Part shown: one piece after another, positions 27,834 to 38,097 of the stretch
Layout: every line of letters begins with the position of its first letter
How positions within the stretch are numbered: the stretch's first letter is position 1
Origin: Rhodospirillales bacterium
Lineage (GTDB): Bacteria > Pseudomonadota > Alphaproteobacteria > Rhodospirillales > Casp-alpha2
Direction: 5' to 3'
Length of the DNA: 64,000 nt
Assembly: GCA_965601835.1 (NCBI GenBank)
Contig: OZ271842.1
Coordinates: forward strand, 909,630 to 973,629
Notes under the pieces: model-generated
Told to the model about the DNA's origin: nothing
What the model saw: the letters and a program-made list of their open reading frames with translations, nothing else
Database searches by the model: none
Program-made: the position numbers and the translations under genes

Positions 27834-28757
27834 TCAAACCTGAGCCAAGGGGTGCGCGGTCTCCACCAGCGAGCGTAGGCGCTCCTCCAGCACATGGGTG
27901 TAAATCTGCGTGGTCGAGATATCGGCGTGGCCCAGCATCTGCTGCAAGGCTCGCAGATCGGCGCCGTGCGCCAACAAGTGGCTGGCGAATGAATGGCGCA
28001 ACACGTGCGGCGATACCCGGCGCCGGTCCAACCCCGCCTCGACCGCTAACTCTTTGATCTGTTGGGTGAAACGCTGCCGGGTCAGGTGCCCTTCCTTGCC
28101 CCGCGACGCAAACAGATAGCGTGCCGCGCGACCGGGCACCCGTCCTTTCGGCAGGAACCCGTCGCGAACGTCGAGATACGCCCGTACCGCGTCCTGCGCC
28201 GGCTCGCCCAGCGGCACCATCCGTTCCTTGCCGCCCTTGCCGGTCACCAACAAGACCGGACTCTCCCGCACGAAGGATGACACAGGCAGGGTGACAAGTT
28301 CGGACACCCGGAGCCCCGTGGCGTACAAAATCTCCATCAAAGCCTGCAGACGCAGCCCGTCCGAACCGGGCCGCCGCGCCGCCGCCTCCAGCAACGCATC
28401 GACTTCGGCTTCGCTCAAATACTTCGGCAGCCGCTGACCCTGCTTCGGACCTTCGAGGGACGCGGTCGGATTGTCCTCGCGAAAACCCATGTCGGCGACA
28501 AAACGGAAAAACCGTTTCAGCGCCGATAGCCGCCGTGCCGCCGTCGCCGCCGACAGCCCGCGGTCGTCCAAAGTCTTCAAGTAGGCACGGATTTGATCCG
28601 GCATGGCGCGCTCCGGATCGGTCGCCCGGCGTCCGACGAAGTGCGCGAACTCGGTCAAGTCCCGGCGATATGCGGCCAACGTGTTGGACGATGCGTTGCG
28701 GGTCGAACGCATCATGTTGAGAAACGTCTCGATCCACTGGTAGGTCAGTTCGGCCAC
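27834..28757 (-). CDS. xerD: Site-specific tyrosine recombinase XerD
   Basis: N-terminal SAM-like domain (NTL.AYRRDL..F). Catalytic region ATGLRVSEL ... HVLRHSFASHLL..GADLR..Q.LGHADISTTQIYTHV. Confidence 0.9.
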   Translation of the reverse strand: MAELTYQWIETFLNMMRSTRNASSNTLAAYRRDLTEFAHFVGRRATDPERAMPDQIRAYLKTLDDRGLSAATAARRLSALKRFFRFVADMGFREDNPTASLEGPKQGQRLPKYLSEAEVDALLEAAARRPGSDGLRLQALMEILYATGLRVSELVTLPVSSFVRESPVLLVTGKGGKERMVPLGEPAQDAVRAYLDVRDGFLPKGRVPGRAARYLFASRGKEGHLTRQRFTQQIKELAVEAGLDRRRVSPHVLRHSFASHLLAHGADLRALQQMLGHADISTTQIYTHVLEERLRSLVETAHPLAQV

Positions 28758-28776
28758 GTGCGCGCCACCCTCAAGA

Positions 28777-30717
28777 TCAGATTCCGGCGGCGAGCGCCCA
28801 TTCGACCGCCAACCGCCGCGCCGTCGTCTCGAACCCGAGTTCCCGCAAAGCGGAGACGAAATCGTATGCGAGGATCACGCCGATCCGCTCGGCGGGGACG
28901 CTGCCGACGGCTTGCAGCAGAAGCAATGCCGGCTCGGCGGGCCCATTGCGGTCAATGGCCGGGGTCGGCGCCGGGGCTGCGAGTCCCGGCAAGGCGCGGC
29001 TCGCGGCCAGCCGCGCAGGCGATGGCGCCGGTGCCACCGGCTGCGCGTTGGCCAAACTTTCTTGGAAACGGAACCACAGCGCCGAGGGCGGAAAGGTCTG
29101 GGTCGAAATGGCACCGTCCGACGGCCAAACGTCCGGATCGAGATCGTGCCCAAGCGCCGCGACGAGACCGTTCAGAAGCTCCGCCGCCGCCGCCAGTTCC
29201 GGTTGCTCGGCCGTTGCGGCCTGCCACGCGCGCAGCACGTCGTTGACGTCGGCACCTGTATCGCGCACGCCGAGCAGCCATGCCAGCGGCCGCACCCGGT
29301 CGAGCGCCAATTGCACTTCCTCGCGCACCACCGCACTCGCACGGAGCAGCGCCAGCCACTTCTCGGCACCGACCGGATCGGCCATGGCGACGTAGGCGCG
29401 AAACCCGGTTAAGGCGAACCACGCCATTTCAGGGCTCGGCGGCAAGCGATCCATCAGCGGCTTGAACGCACGCACCGCGGCATCATATGCGCCATCTTCG
29501 CGGGCGAGGGTCAGTGCCTGTGTAATAATCTCGGCGCGGGCCACCGGAATATTGTTGGCGGCTGCGGCCTGGTACAGCAACGCGCGGCCTCCGGCGCCGC
29601 CTGCTTCATCGGCACGGGTCAATGCATCGGCGATATCTTCCGGCGCGAACGTGAGGTTCATGTAAAGTTGCTGCAGCGCCTGCGCCGTTGCGGTGCCCGC
29701 CGCCAGCGCCCGCTCCGCCGCATCGATCCGTGCCCCAAGCGACAACGTCGGCGTCGATACGGCGGCGGCGATGACGGTCGGTGGGGCGTCGGCCTCCAAC
29801 ACATCGGGCAACGAAATCCCGGCGGCGCGGCTCAGTGCCAGATGCACCAAGTTCGGATCTTCGAGGGTATCGAGAAGGACTTTCTCGCCGCTCAACACCG
29901 CGTCGGTGAGGATCACCAGCGCCGGGTCGTCGCCCGCGGACTCCCGCAACAACGACAGCCCTAGCGTCACGCCGGCCGCACGCCCGTTCACGGCATCGCA
30001 GTAGATCAAAAGCCGTTGCCAGAAGTCTTCGGCGGCGCGTTCCTGATTGTTCTGAGCAAGTCCGCAGGCCCGGGCGTTATCGTAGGCGATCAGACCGAGC
30101 GCCGCATCGATCGCGTCCAAGTCCGCCGGGCGGTTTTGCGTCGACGCGGCGGCAAGCAGGCGCCGCACCTCGTCGATCCGGCCGAACCGCATCAAGGTCT
30201 TGGCCCGCGCCGCAAGCAGGCTCGGGGCGTCCGCACTCGCCGCGGCTGGCGCGCTGGCGCGGCTGAGCATTATTCGAACCGCGAAATCCCGAAGCGCGCG
30301 GGACGCCAAATCGCCAGGAACGGCATCGACCAAGGCCACGGCGTCGGCACGGGTCATCCCCGTCCACAGCGTTTCTCCGAGACCGCCGTCGGCTGGGGTC
30401 AGCACACCGACCGACTCCGGGTCGATCCCGGTCAGCCCGTCGATTTGAATACCGGATTTCACCGGGGCAACGGCCGCGCTGGGCGCAACGGGCGCTGTTT
30501 CCGGTTGTGCCGGGGCACCCGATTGCGGCAACAAGCGGCGCGGCGCTTGCAGCGGTTGCGGTGCGGACACGGCGGGGTCACCGAGTTGCACGGGGCTGTC
30601 CGCCGGGGGCAAGGTTTGCGGCGCCTGGGCACTCGCCACCGGCGGCAGCACGCACGCCATGGCGAAGGTCAGGGCCGCGACCCCGAGCACCCGCGGATTA
30701 GCGCGGGAACTGATCAT
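28777..30717 (-). CDS. Large Ala-rich secreted hypothetical protein
   Basis: Signal peptide MISSRANPRVLGVAALTFAMACVLPPVASAQ (ATG 30717). 646 aa, helical-repeat-like composition, no motif recognised. Confidence 0.6.
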   Translation of the reverse strand: MISSRANPRVLGVAALTFAMACVLPPVASAQAPQTLPPADSPVQLGDPAVSAPQPLQAPRRLLPQSGAPAQPETAPVAPSAAVAPVKSGIQIDGLTGIDPESVGVLTPADGGLGETLWTGMTRADAVALVDAVPGDLASRALRDFAVRIMLSRASAPAAASADAPSLLAARAKTLMRFGRIDEVRRLLAAASTQNRPADLDAIDAALGLIAYDNARACGLAQNNQERAAEDFWQRLLIYCDAVNGRAAGVTLGLSLLRESAGDDPALVILTDAVLSGEKVLLDTLEDPNLVHLALSRAAGISLPDVLEADAPPTVIAAAVSTPTLSLGARIDAAERALAAGTATAQALQQLYMNLTFAPEDIADALTRADEAGGAGGRALLYQAAAANNIPVARAEIITQALTLAREDGAYDAAVRAFKPLMDRLPPSPEMAWFALTGFRAYVAMADPVGAEKWLALLRASAVVREEVQLALDRVRPLAWLLGVRDTGADVNDVLRAWQAATAEQPELAAAAELLNGLVAALGHDLDPDVWPSDGAISTQTFPPSALWFRFQESLANAQPVAPAPSPARLAASRALPGLAAPAPTPAIDRNGPAEPALLLLQAVGSVPAERIGVILAYDFVSALRELGFETTARRLAVEWALAAGI

Positions 30718-31044
30718 TCGGCAGAACTTTTTCGACGTTGGTGACGGGCGCCGGGATTTCCCACGTCGCCAAGAACGCACTACCGGCCCCGACCGCCACA
30801 ACAAGCAGCAAGAGTATGAATACCGTCAATTTTCCCATGCCAACCTATCCTTGTTGCCGTCGACGATCGTGGCCAGCGATCGCACATCCACGTCTGCGCC
30901 GGTCCCAATGCACGACAATCGCCGTAAACTATGGCGTTTTTGTGCCGAATCGCGATTGAGTCTATCGGCGCATGATTTGCCTTTCAACGGCTGCAAGGCT
31001 ATTTGAAAGCTACGTTTTTGCGAATTGTGGAGTCCCGCTTCGAA

Positions 31045-31614
31045 ATGGGGTCCAAACCGGACGATTTGGCGCCAGAAGACGACGCCAAAGCACAAATACC
31101 GATCGTTCTCGTCGGATTGATGGGCGCGGGAAAATCCTGCGTGGGCCGGCGTCTGGCGGAGAAAATGAACCTTCCGTTCAAAGATTCGGACCAAGAGGTC
31201 GAAAAGGCCGCCGGCTGCTCGGTCACCGATATTTTCGATGTGTACGGCGAACCGGCGTTTCGCGATTGCGAGCGGCGGGTCATTCAGCGCTTATTGGACG
31301 AAGGCGCGGCCGTGATCGCGACGGGCGGCGGAGCGTTCATGAATGCCGACACCCGGAATGCGGTCAAGGGTGCGGGGGTTTCGGTCTGGCTCAGGGCGAC
31401 GCCCGACACCCTCTACCAACGAACCAAACGGAGCAAGGACCGTCCGTTGCTGAAGACCGAGGATCCGCTTGGGACCTTGGTCGAACTGGCAAACGCCCGC
31501 TATCCGACGTATGGCGAGGCCGACATCATTATCGATACGGATGGGCAGAGCCTTGATGAAACCGTGCAGCGCGTCCTGCAGACCCTGCACGAACCGGAGA
31601 CCGCATCGGCATGA
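31045..31614 (+). CDS. aroK: Shikimate kinase
   Basis: Walker A GLMGAGKS.VG..LA, DSD, GE..FR..E, and ATGGG. ATG 31045; TTG 31003 is the alternative start. Confidence 0.9.
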   Translation: MGSKPDDLAPEDDAKAQIPIVLVGLMGAGKSCVGRRLAEKMNLPFKDSDQEVEKAAGCSVTDIFDVYGEPAFRDCERRVIQRLLDEGAAVIATGGGAFMNADTRNAVKGAGVSVWLRATPDTLYQRTKRSKDRPLLKTEDPLGTLVELANARYPTYGEADIIIDTDGQSLDETVQRVLQTLHEPETASA

Positions 31615-32744
31615 GCCAACTTCTCGACGGCGTTGATCGGCTGACGGTGGACCTCGGTGCCCGCAGCTACGATATCTGCATCGGCGACGGCGCGCTTGAG
31701 GCCGTCGGCCCCGACCTCGCACGGATTCTGCGCGCGCCGCGGTGCGTTGTGATCACCGACGAACTGGTCGCCGCGTATTGGCGTGAACCGCTGGAGGGCG
31801 TCCTGCGGGAAAACGGAATTCAATTCCGGACCGTGGTTCTGCCGCCCGGCGAACACACCAAGAGCATGAGCCAACTGGGCGCGTTGCTCGACGATTTGCT
31901 GGAAAGCAAGATCGACCGTAAGACGACGCTGATCGCATTGGGCGGCGGCGTCATCGGTGACCTGACCGGATTTGCGGCGGCGGTTGCGCTTCGCGGGATC
32001 GACTTCGTGCAGGTCCCGACCACGTTGTTGGCGCAGGTCGACAGTTCCGTCGGCGGCAAGACCGGGATCGACACACCGCATGGCAAGAACCTCATCGGCG
32101 CCTTTCATCAACCGCGCGCGGTGATCGCCGACACCAAGACTCTGGATACACTGCCGGCACGCGAGCGGCGTTGTGGTTACGCGGAGATCGTCAAATACGG
32201 CGTCATCAATGACCGTCCGTTCTTCGATTGGTTGCTGGCCAACGGGGCCAAGGTTCTGGCCGGCGACGCCGCGGCGCGCCGCGAAGCCGTCATGCGGTCG
32301 TGCACCGCCAAGGCGGAAATCGTCGCCGCCGACGAACGGGAAGCCGGCCTCCGCGCGCTGTTAAACCTGGGCCATACCTTTGGCCACGCCCTCGAGGCAC
32401 AAGTCGGGTATGACGACAAACTGAAACACGGCGAAGCCGTCGCCATCGGCATGGTCATGGCAATGACCCTGTCGGCGGACTTAGGCTTGGCCCCGGCCTC
32501 GGACGCCGATGAACTCGCGGCACATTTGACGGACTTGGGTCTCCCCGTCGACCTCACAGGTCTGGTCGGCGGCAATTGGACCGCCGATGCCCTGCTGGAC
32601 CACATGGGCCGCGACAAGAAAACCGAAGGCGGCAAGCTGACGTTCATTCTGACCCGCGGCATCGGCAAAGCGTTTGTTGCGCCGGACGTGGACCCGGACT
32701 CGGTCCGCAAGGTCCTCGACGCTTTCATCGCGAAAGCGCAATGA
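31611..32744 (+). CDS. aroB: 3-dehydroquinate synthase
   Basis: GGGVIGDLTGFAAA, VPTTLLAQVDSSVGGKTGI and LNLGHTFGHA. ATGA overlap with aroK. Confidence 0.95.
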   Translation: MSQLLDGVDRLTVDLGARSYDICIGDGALEAVGPDLARILRAPRCVVITDELVAAYWREPLEGVLRENGIQFRTVVLPPGEHTKSMSQLGALLDDLLESKIDRKTTLIALGGGVIGDLTGFAAAVALRGIDFVQVPTTLLAQVDSSVGGKTGIDTPHGKNLIGAFHQPRAVIADTKTLDTLPARERRCGYAEIVKYGVINDRPFFDWLLANGAKVLAGDAAARREAVMRSCTAKAEIVAADEREAGLRALLNLGHTFGHALEAQVGYDDKLKHGEAVAIGMVMAMTLSADLGLAPASDADELAAHLTDLGLPVDLTGLVGGNWTADALLDHMGRDKKTEGGKLTFILTRGIGKAFVAPDVDPDSVRKVLDAFIAKAQ

Positions 32745-32803
32745 ACCGTACCCTGACCCGGCGGCAGATATCCCGCCGGATTTCGTAAAGGAAAGGAATC
32801 GTC

Positions 32804-34075
32804 ATGTTGGAAATCGGGCTCGCAATCTTCGTATTGCTGATCCTGTCGGCGTTTTTTTCAGGGTCCGAAACGGCCCTGACCGCCGCGTCCAAGCATGTCA
32901 TGCATCAGCTGGAACAAAGCGGCGATAAACGTGCGGGGTTGGTCAATGCGATGCACGAAGACAAGGAGCGGCTGATCGGCGCGATCCTGCTCGGCAATAA
33001 CTTGGTCAATATCTTCGCGTCCGCGCTGGCGACCAGTTTGTTGATCACCTTGTTCGGCGACAATGGGGTCGCCTACGCCACCTTGGTGATGACATTCCTA
33101 GTGTTGGTGTTCGCGGAAATTCTGCCGAAGACCTACGCGATCCGGAACGCCAACCGAATGGCGCTGGCAGTGGCACCCGTGCTGAAGCCGGTGATCGCCG
33201 TGTTCGCGCCTGTCACCTTGACCATCAATGCGCTGGTGCGGAACGTTCTGAGCGTCTTTGGCGCCTACAATACGGGCGAAGAGGCGCGCGGCGCGGCCGA
33301 AGAGGAACTGCGCGGCGCCATCGAACTGCACGAGGGTGACGAGGCCAGCGTCAAACAGGAGCGCGACATGTTGCGCTCGGTCTTGGATCTGACAGAGGTC
33401 ACGGTCGAAGAGATCATGACGCACCGGCGCAGCGTCGTTGCGATCGATATCGCGCAGCCGTCGGAAGAAATCGTCAGACAGGTTTTGGAAAGTCCGTACA
33501 CGCGAATTCCGTTGTGGCGCGACAACCCGGAGAACATTGTCGGCGTGCTTCACGCCAAGGCGTTGCTGCGCGAGGTGATGCGCCGCGGCGGCGCGGTCGA
33601 CGACCTGGACATCGCGGACATCGCGGCCGACGCCTGGTTCGTGCCTGACCAAACTTTGTTGCTGGACCAACTGCAGGCGTTCCGGGACCGGCGCGAGCAC
33701 TTCGCCCTGGTGGTCGACGAATACGGATCGAACATGGGGGTCGTTACGCTTGAGGACATCATCGAAGAAATCGTCGGCGACATCGACGATGAGCACGATG
33801 TCGAGGTGGTCGGCGTCGACCCGCAGACCGATGGCAGCTTCCTGGTCGAAGGCTCGGTGACCATCCGCGATTTGAACCGGGAGTTCGAATGGGACCTGCC
33901 CGACGAGGAGGCGTCGACCTTGGCGGGGTTGATTTTGTACGAATCCCGGCGCATTCCAGAGGTCGGCCAGTGCTTCATGTTCCACGATTTCCGCTTCGAT
34001 ATCGTCGCCCGGCATCAAAACCAGATCACCCGGGTCCGATTGACGCCGCCGAGCGCCGACCACGACGGCGAATAA
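32804..34075 (+). CDS. HlyC/CorC (CNNM/TlyC) family transporter: DUF21 + CBS pair + CorC_HlyC
   Basis: FFSGSETALTA, LLGNNLVNI, VEEIMTHR, ALVVDEYG...G.VTLEDIIEEIVG. Confidence 0.9.
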   Translation: MLEIGLAIFVLLILSAFFSGSETALTAASKHVMHQLEQSGDKRAGLVNAMHEDKERLIGAILLGNNLVNIFASALATSLLITLFGDNGVAYATLVMTFLVLVFAEILPKTYAIRNANRMALAVAPVLKPVIAVFAPVTLTINALVRNVLSVFGAYNTGEEARGAAEEELRGAIELHEGDEASVKQERDMLRSVLDLTEVTVEEIMTHRRSVVAIDIAQPSEEIVRQVLESPYTRIPLWRDNPENIVGVLHAKALLREVMRRGGAVDDLDIADIAADAWFVPDQTLLLDQLQAFRDRREHFALVVDEYGSNMGVVTLEDIIEEIVGDIDDEHDVEVVGVDPQTDGSFLVEGSVTIRDLNREFEWDLPDEEASTLAGLILYESRRIPEVGQCFMFHDFRFDIVARHQNQITRVRLTPPSADHDGE

Positions 34076-34178
34076 TTCTTGCTTCAACCGTCGCGCAACC
34101 TCACCTAGAATGGTGTGGGGTGAGGCAGATCGGCAGCAATCAAGCCGACATCGACCGAGGTACGCGGAGGAGACAAGC

Positions 34179-34625
34179 ATGAAACGTAAGATTGTGCCGG
34201 ACATTGTGCAGCCGACCAACGTTGCGGCGGCGGAGGTTTCCGATACCGTTGCGGCGGCGGCAAAGGTCATGCGCGACCGCAAGATCGCCGCGCTGGTGAT
34301 CAACGACGAGGCCGGTGGCTTGGCGGGCATCATTACCGAGCGGGATATCGTCTTTCGCGCCGTCGCCGGCGGCCTGGATACGGCGACCGTTACGGTCGGC
34401 GAGATCATGACCGCAAATCCGGACACCTTGTCGCCCGACGATATCGCGGCGGATGCGTTGGAATTGATGCAAACCCGGGGATACCGGCACTTGCCGGTGC
34501 TCGACGGCGGCAAGTGCGTCGCCGTGGTCTCGATCCGCGACCTGTTCAAGTCGGTAAAGGCGTCGCTGGAAGAGAGCATCCGCGAGACCGAGGCCTTCGT
34601 GTTCGGCGACCGCTACGGTGCCTGA
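34179..34625 (+). CDS. CBS-domain pair protein
   Basis: Two CBS repeats (GIITERDI..., HLPVLD.GK.V.VVSIRDL). ATG 34179 after ggagga. Confidence 0.8.
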   Translation: MKRKIVPDIVQPTNVAAAEVSDTVAAAAKVMRDRKIAALVINDEAGGLAGIITERDIVFRAVAGGLDTATVTVGEIMTANPDTLSPDDIAADALELMQTRGYRHLPVLDGGKCVAVVSIRDLFKSVKASLEESIRETEAFVFGDRYGA

Positions 34626-34703
34626 CCGGCGCCTATCCGCGCAAAACCCTTGTCATAGGCGGCGACGCCTGCAAACTCCGGATGGCAACAACGGGAGAGC
34701 GCA

Positions 34704-35258
34704 ATGCCTTTGTCCAAGGCGGCGAAACGCCGACATATCCACACCCGCACGATCAGCTGCGAGGCGTATGAGCGCGACGACGGCCTGTGGGACATCGAGG
34801 GGATGATTACCGACACCAAGTCCTACTCGTTCGACAATCTGGATCGCGGCGGCGTCGCCGCGGGCGAGCCGGTGCATCAAATGCGGGTGCGCTTGACCAT
34901 CGACGAAGAGATGACCGTGCACGAAGCCGAAGCCGTGACCGAAGCCGGCCCGTTCAACATGTGCGGCAACATCGCACCGGATTATGCCAAGCTGGCCGGG
35001 CTCAAAATCGGCCCGGGCTGGCGCAAGAACGTGATTCAGCGGCTCGGCGGCACCAAAGGATGCACACACATCTCGGACTTGGTGCTGGGTCCTTTGCCGG
35101 TCACCGCGTTCCAGGCGGTGATCCCGGCGCGGCGCAAGCGCGACAACGAGCCGGCTGACGGCTCCAAGCCGTCGACGCTCGATACCTGCCATGCCCTGGC
35201 CGCGACCAGCCCCGTCGTTAAGCGGCGCTGGCCCAGTTTCTATACAGGCGGAAAATAA
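34704..35258 (+). CDS. DUF2889-like protein
   Basis: Pattern HTRTI...........W.IEG...D.K, then GGTKGCTH..DL as I recall for DUF2889. Confidence 0.6.
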   Translation: MPLSKAAKRRHIHTRTISCEAYERDDGLWDIEGMITDTKSYSFDNLDRGGVAAGEPVHQMRVRLTIDEEMTVHEAEAVTEAGPFNMCGNIAPDYAKLAGLKIGPGWRKNVIQRLGGTKGCTHISDLVLGPLPVTAFQAVIPARRKRDNEPADGSKPSTLDTCHALAATSPVVKRRWPSFYTGGK

Positions 35259-35264
35259 CCCCGC

Positions 35265-35549
35265 TTAGGCAGCGAGGTTGGCGATCCCTTCGAGGGCGCG
35301 GTTGATGGCGCCATCTTCACGGTCGGTATTGATGCCGGCAACACGGTAATAGTTCACCACGGTCGCGCGGACCGCTTGGGCGCGGTTGGCGCCTTTACGG
35401 GCATTTTCGATCCGGGTGCACAAGTCGTGACGGGAGAGGTTTTCGCGGGCGCAAATCTCATCAAACGCATCCCACACCGCCATTTCCAGTCTTATTGTCG
35501 TCCGTTTGCCGTTCACCACCACATTGCGGGTGATCATCTGCGCGTTCAT
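35265..35549 (-). CDS. Ribbon-helix-helix (RHH_4-like) DNA-binding protein
   Basis: RNVVVNGKRTTIRLEMAVWDAFDEICARENLS...L matches the RHH_4 pattern I recall (R.V.I.G.RTS.RLE...W.AL..I). Lies downstream of the cyclase on the same strand. Confidence 0.65.
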   Translation of the reverse strand: MNAQMITRNVVVNGKRTTIRLEMAVWDAFDEICARENLSRHDLCTRIENARKGANRAQAVRATVVNYYRVAGINTDREDGAINRALEGIANLAA

Positions 35550-35662
35550 CGATTACCTCGTATTACTTATTTTGGGTGCCTCAAGCACACATTCGCCGCG
35601 TCACGGCGCGGCAGATGCACTGTATTTGGCGTCTGTTCGCCGTATTACAACTAATATTTTGA

Positions 35663-38092
35663 TTATTTTGAGGTCATCACGAAGACGCCGTCCCAGTCGG
35701 CCGGCGGATCGGCCTTCAGCGCTTCGCACCGCTCGATGTAGCTGGCGGCCAGCTTGTCGTTCGGGTTGCCTTTCAAGCATTCATTAAATAACGCGATCGC
35801 CTTGTCCCAACTTCCATTGTTGTAGTGCTGTCGCGCAGATTTAAAATTATTTACGACTTCCATGAGATTCGGAAATGTTTCTTCGGAGTGGAAGTCGAGC
35901 ACTTCGTAGACCTCGACCGGCTCGGTCTTACCCTTGACGATCACCCGGTCGATATCGCGGATCCGATACGTACCCTTGAGCTTGGCGTACGTGAACTCGG
36001 AGATCAAAATCCGCGCGAAGTACTGTTTGCAGGCGCTCTCCAACCGCGCCGCAAGGTTCACCCCGTCGCCGATCATGGTGTAGTCCATCCGCTTCGGCGA
36101 ACCGATGTTCCCGGTGACCACGTTGTCGGTGTTCAGCCCCAAGCCCATGTCGATCGGCATGTCGCCGTCGGCCTCGCGCTTTTTGTTCCATTCCCACAGT
36201 TCGCTGATCATCGCAATCCCGGCGCGGATGGCGCGGTCTTCGTCGTCGTCGTGCGGGATCGGTACGCCGAACCCGGCCATGATCGCGTCGCCGATGAACT
36301 TGTCGAGCATCCCCTCCTCGCGGGTGATGCAATCGACCATGATGGTAAAGTACTCGTTGAGCATCTTGACCGTGCCCTGCGGGCCGAGGCTCTCGGTAAT
36401 GGTGGTGAACGAGCGCACGTCGGAGAACAGCACCGTCGCCGTCACCGATTGCCCGCCGAGCGCATCCTCGCCCCCGGCCATCAGTTGATCGGCGAGACCG
36501 GGGTCCATGTAGCGCGACATGGTCGATTTCATCCGCTTTTCCGAGGAGATATCCTCGATCATGAACATCACACCGAGCTTTTTGCCTTCCGGCGACAGCA
36601 AGGGCAGGATCGTCAGGTTCGCCGACAGCTGTTCCAGCTCCGGTTCGGCGTCCTCGTCTTCGGGCGGCTCGCCCCCCTCGACCGGCACGAACAACTCGGC
36701 ATCCAAGACGATGTCTTCCTCGCCGTCTTCCTCGACCTGTTGGCCGCGTTCGTAGATCCAGGCGTTCTTGCCGGTGAACACCTCCTCGCCCTGCTTGCCG
36801 ATGATGTCGGTGACTTTGGCGATCCGCATCAGCTTGAGCCCGGCCGCATTGCAGGTCACGACCTTGGCGTCCTCGTCGAGCGTGATGACGCCGTTGGTCA
36901 TACTTTCCAGCATGCTCTCGTTGTAGTTCTTCATGTTCTGGACGTCTTCGAACAGCTTGGCGTTCTCGAGCGCGATCGCGATCTGCGAGGTGAACGCCTT
37001 GAGGCGCGTCTCGTCCTCGCCGGAGAACGGCCCGCCCTGTTTGTTCAACACCTGGGTGACGCCGATCACCTTGCCGTCCTTGTTGGTGACGGGCACGCAC
37101 AGGATGGACCGGGTGAAGTACCCGGTCTGCTTGTCGAAGCTCGGGTTGAAACGAAGATCCGCATAGGCGTACGGAATATTCATGGTCTCGCCGCTGGTGA
37201 ACACGGTGCCGGCGATCCCGACATGGTTCGGCAGGCGGATCTCCCCGATGCTGTCGCCCATGGCAACGCGCGAGAACAACTCGTTGGTCTTTTCGTCGTT
37301 GATGAACAGCGTGCTGCGGTCCGCGTTGAGCATCCGCGTCGCTTCGCCCATCACCTTCTGCAAGAGCGAGCCGAGTTCCAGTTCCGACGTAACGTCCGTG
37401 ACGACGTCGAGGAACTCCATCTCCTTCTCGCGGGACTTCTTCATCTTCTCGACGAACTGCGTCGACTGCAGCGCCACTGCCGCCTGGGTGGTCATGGCTT
37501 CGAGCAGCGACAGGTCTTCTTCGCTGAAATCGCCTTCTTTTTTGTTGAGCACCTGAATGACGCCGATCAACTCGTCCTTCACCGTGCGCACCGGCGCACA
37601 TAGGATGTTGTTGGTCTTAAAGCCGGTCTGTTCGTCGACCGTGCGGTTGAACCGGGAATCGGCGTAGGCGTCGTCGATGATGACCCCCTCGCCGTTTTGG
37701 AACACGAACCCGGCAATCCCCGAGGTGTTCAGAATTCGGATTTCCCGCTGAAAGTTGCCTTGCGCGAAACGGGAATACAGTTCGTCGGTGATCGGATCGT
37801 TGAGGAACAGGGTACCACGCTCGGCGCCGATCTCCCACGTGGTCATTTCGACCAGCGTCGCCAGCACCTCGTCCAGCGTTTCGATCGCCGCCACCCGCCG
37901 GGACACGTCGAGCAGCATCTCCGCCTGTTTCAGTTTCTGGTCGGCGATGTCGAGCTTGCGTTTGGCTTCCGGCGGCAAGTCCTCCATCTGCTGGATTTTC
38001 TTGCGCATGCGCGGCGGCACGCGCTTGCTGTCGGTGATTGGTGTGACCGACCCGTCGTCGCTTTCGGGCTTCTTGCGTGCGCTCTTCGCCAT
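35663..38092 (-). CDS. GAF-GAF-PAS class III adenylate/guanylate cyclase
   Basis: Two GAF blocks (...GIAG.VF..GE...I.DAY.D.RFN...D..TG..T..ILC.PV...). A PAS-like segment, then the CHD core VLFSDVRSFTT...KFIGDAIMA.FG...G.N.G.V..GNIGS..R.DYT.IGD.VN.AARLES. Confidence 0.9.
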   Translation of the reverse strand: MAKSARKKPESDDGSVTPITDSKRVPPRMRKKIQQMEDLPPEAKRKLDIADQKLKQAEMLLDVSRRVAAIETLDEVLATLVEMTTWEIGAERGTLFLNDPITDELYSRFAQGNFQREIRILNTSGIAGFVFQNGEGVIIDDAYADSRFNRTVDEQTGFKTNNILCAPVRTVKDELIGVIQVLNKKEGDFSEEDLSLLEAMTTQAAVALQSTQFVEKMKKSREKEMEFLDVVTDVTSELELGSLLQKVMGEATRMLNADRSTLFINDEKTNELFSRVAMGDSIGEIRLPNHVGIAGTVFTSGETMNIPYAYADLRFNPSFDKQTGYFTRSILCVPVTNKDGKVIGVTQVLNKQGGPFSGEDETRLKAFTSQIAIALENAKLFEDVQNMKNYNESMLESMTNGVITLDEDAKVVTCNAAGLKLMRIAKVTDIIGKQGEEVFTGKNAWIYERGQQVEEDGEEDIVLDAELFVPVEGGEPPEDEDAEPELEQLSANLTILPLLSPEGKKLGVMFMIEDISSEKRMKSTMSRYMDPGLADQLMAGGEDALGGQSVTATVLFSDVRSFTTITESLGPQGTVKMLNEYFTIMVDCITREEGMLDKFIGDAIMAGFGVPIPHDDDEDRAIRAGIAMISELWEWNKKREADGDMPIDMGLGLNTDNVVTGNIGSPKRMDYTMIGDGVNLAARLESACKQYFARILISEFTYAKLKGTYRIRDIDRVIVKGKTEPVEVYEVLDFHSEETFPNLMEVVNNFKSARQHYNNGSWDKAIALFNECLKGNPNDKLAASYIERCEALKADPPADWDGVFVMTSK

Positions 38093-38097
38093 CGTCT

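Noticed and set aside
24990-27878. 962-aa plus-strand ORF
   Set aside because: It is fully antisense to secA, whose product carries unmistakable SecA motifs. It is Arg/Gly/Asp/His-rich with no motifs. This is a typical shadow ORF in high-GC DNA.
27834-28757. Tyrosine recombinase as a marker of an integrated mobile element
   Set aside because: Sequence motifs and the housekeeping context (secA, aroK-aroB) fit chromosomal XerD. There is no adjacent tRNA, direct repeats, phage genes or compositional shift.
35825-37603. 592-aa plus-strand and 557-aa minus-strand (35928-37601) ORFs
   Set aside because: They are alternative frames of the GAF-GAF-PAS cyclase gene. Only the 35663-38092 frame gives GAF and cyclase motifs.
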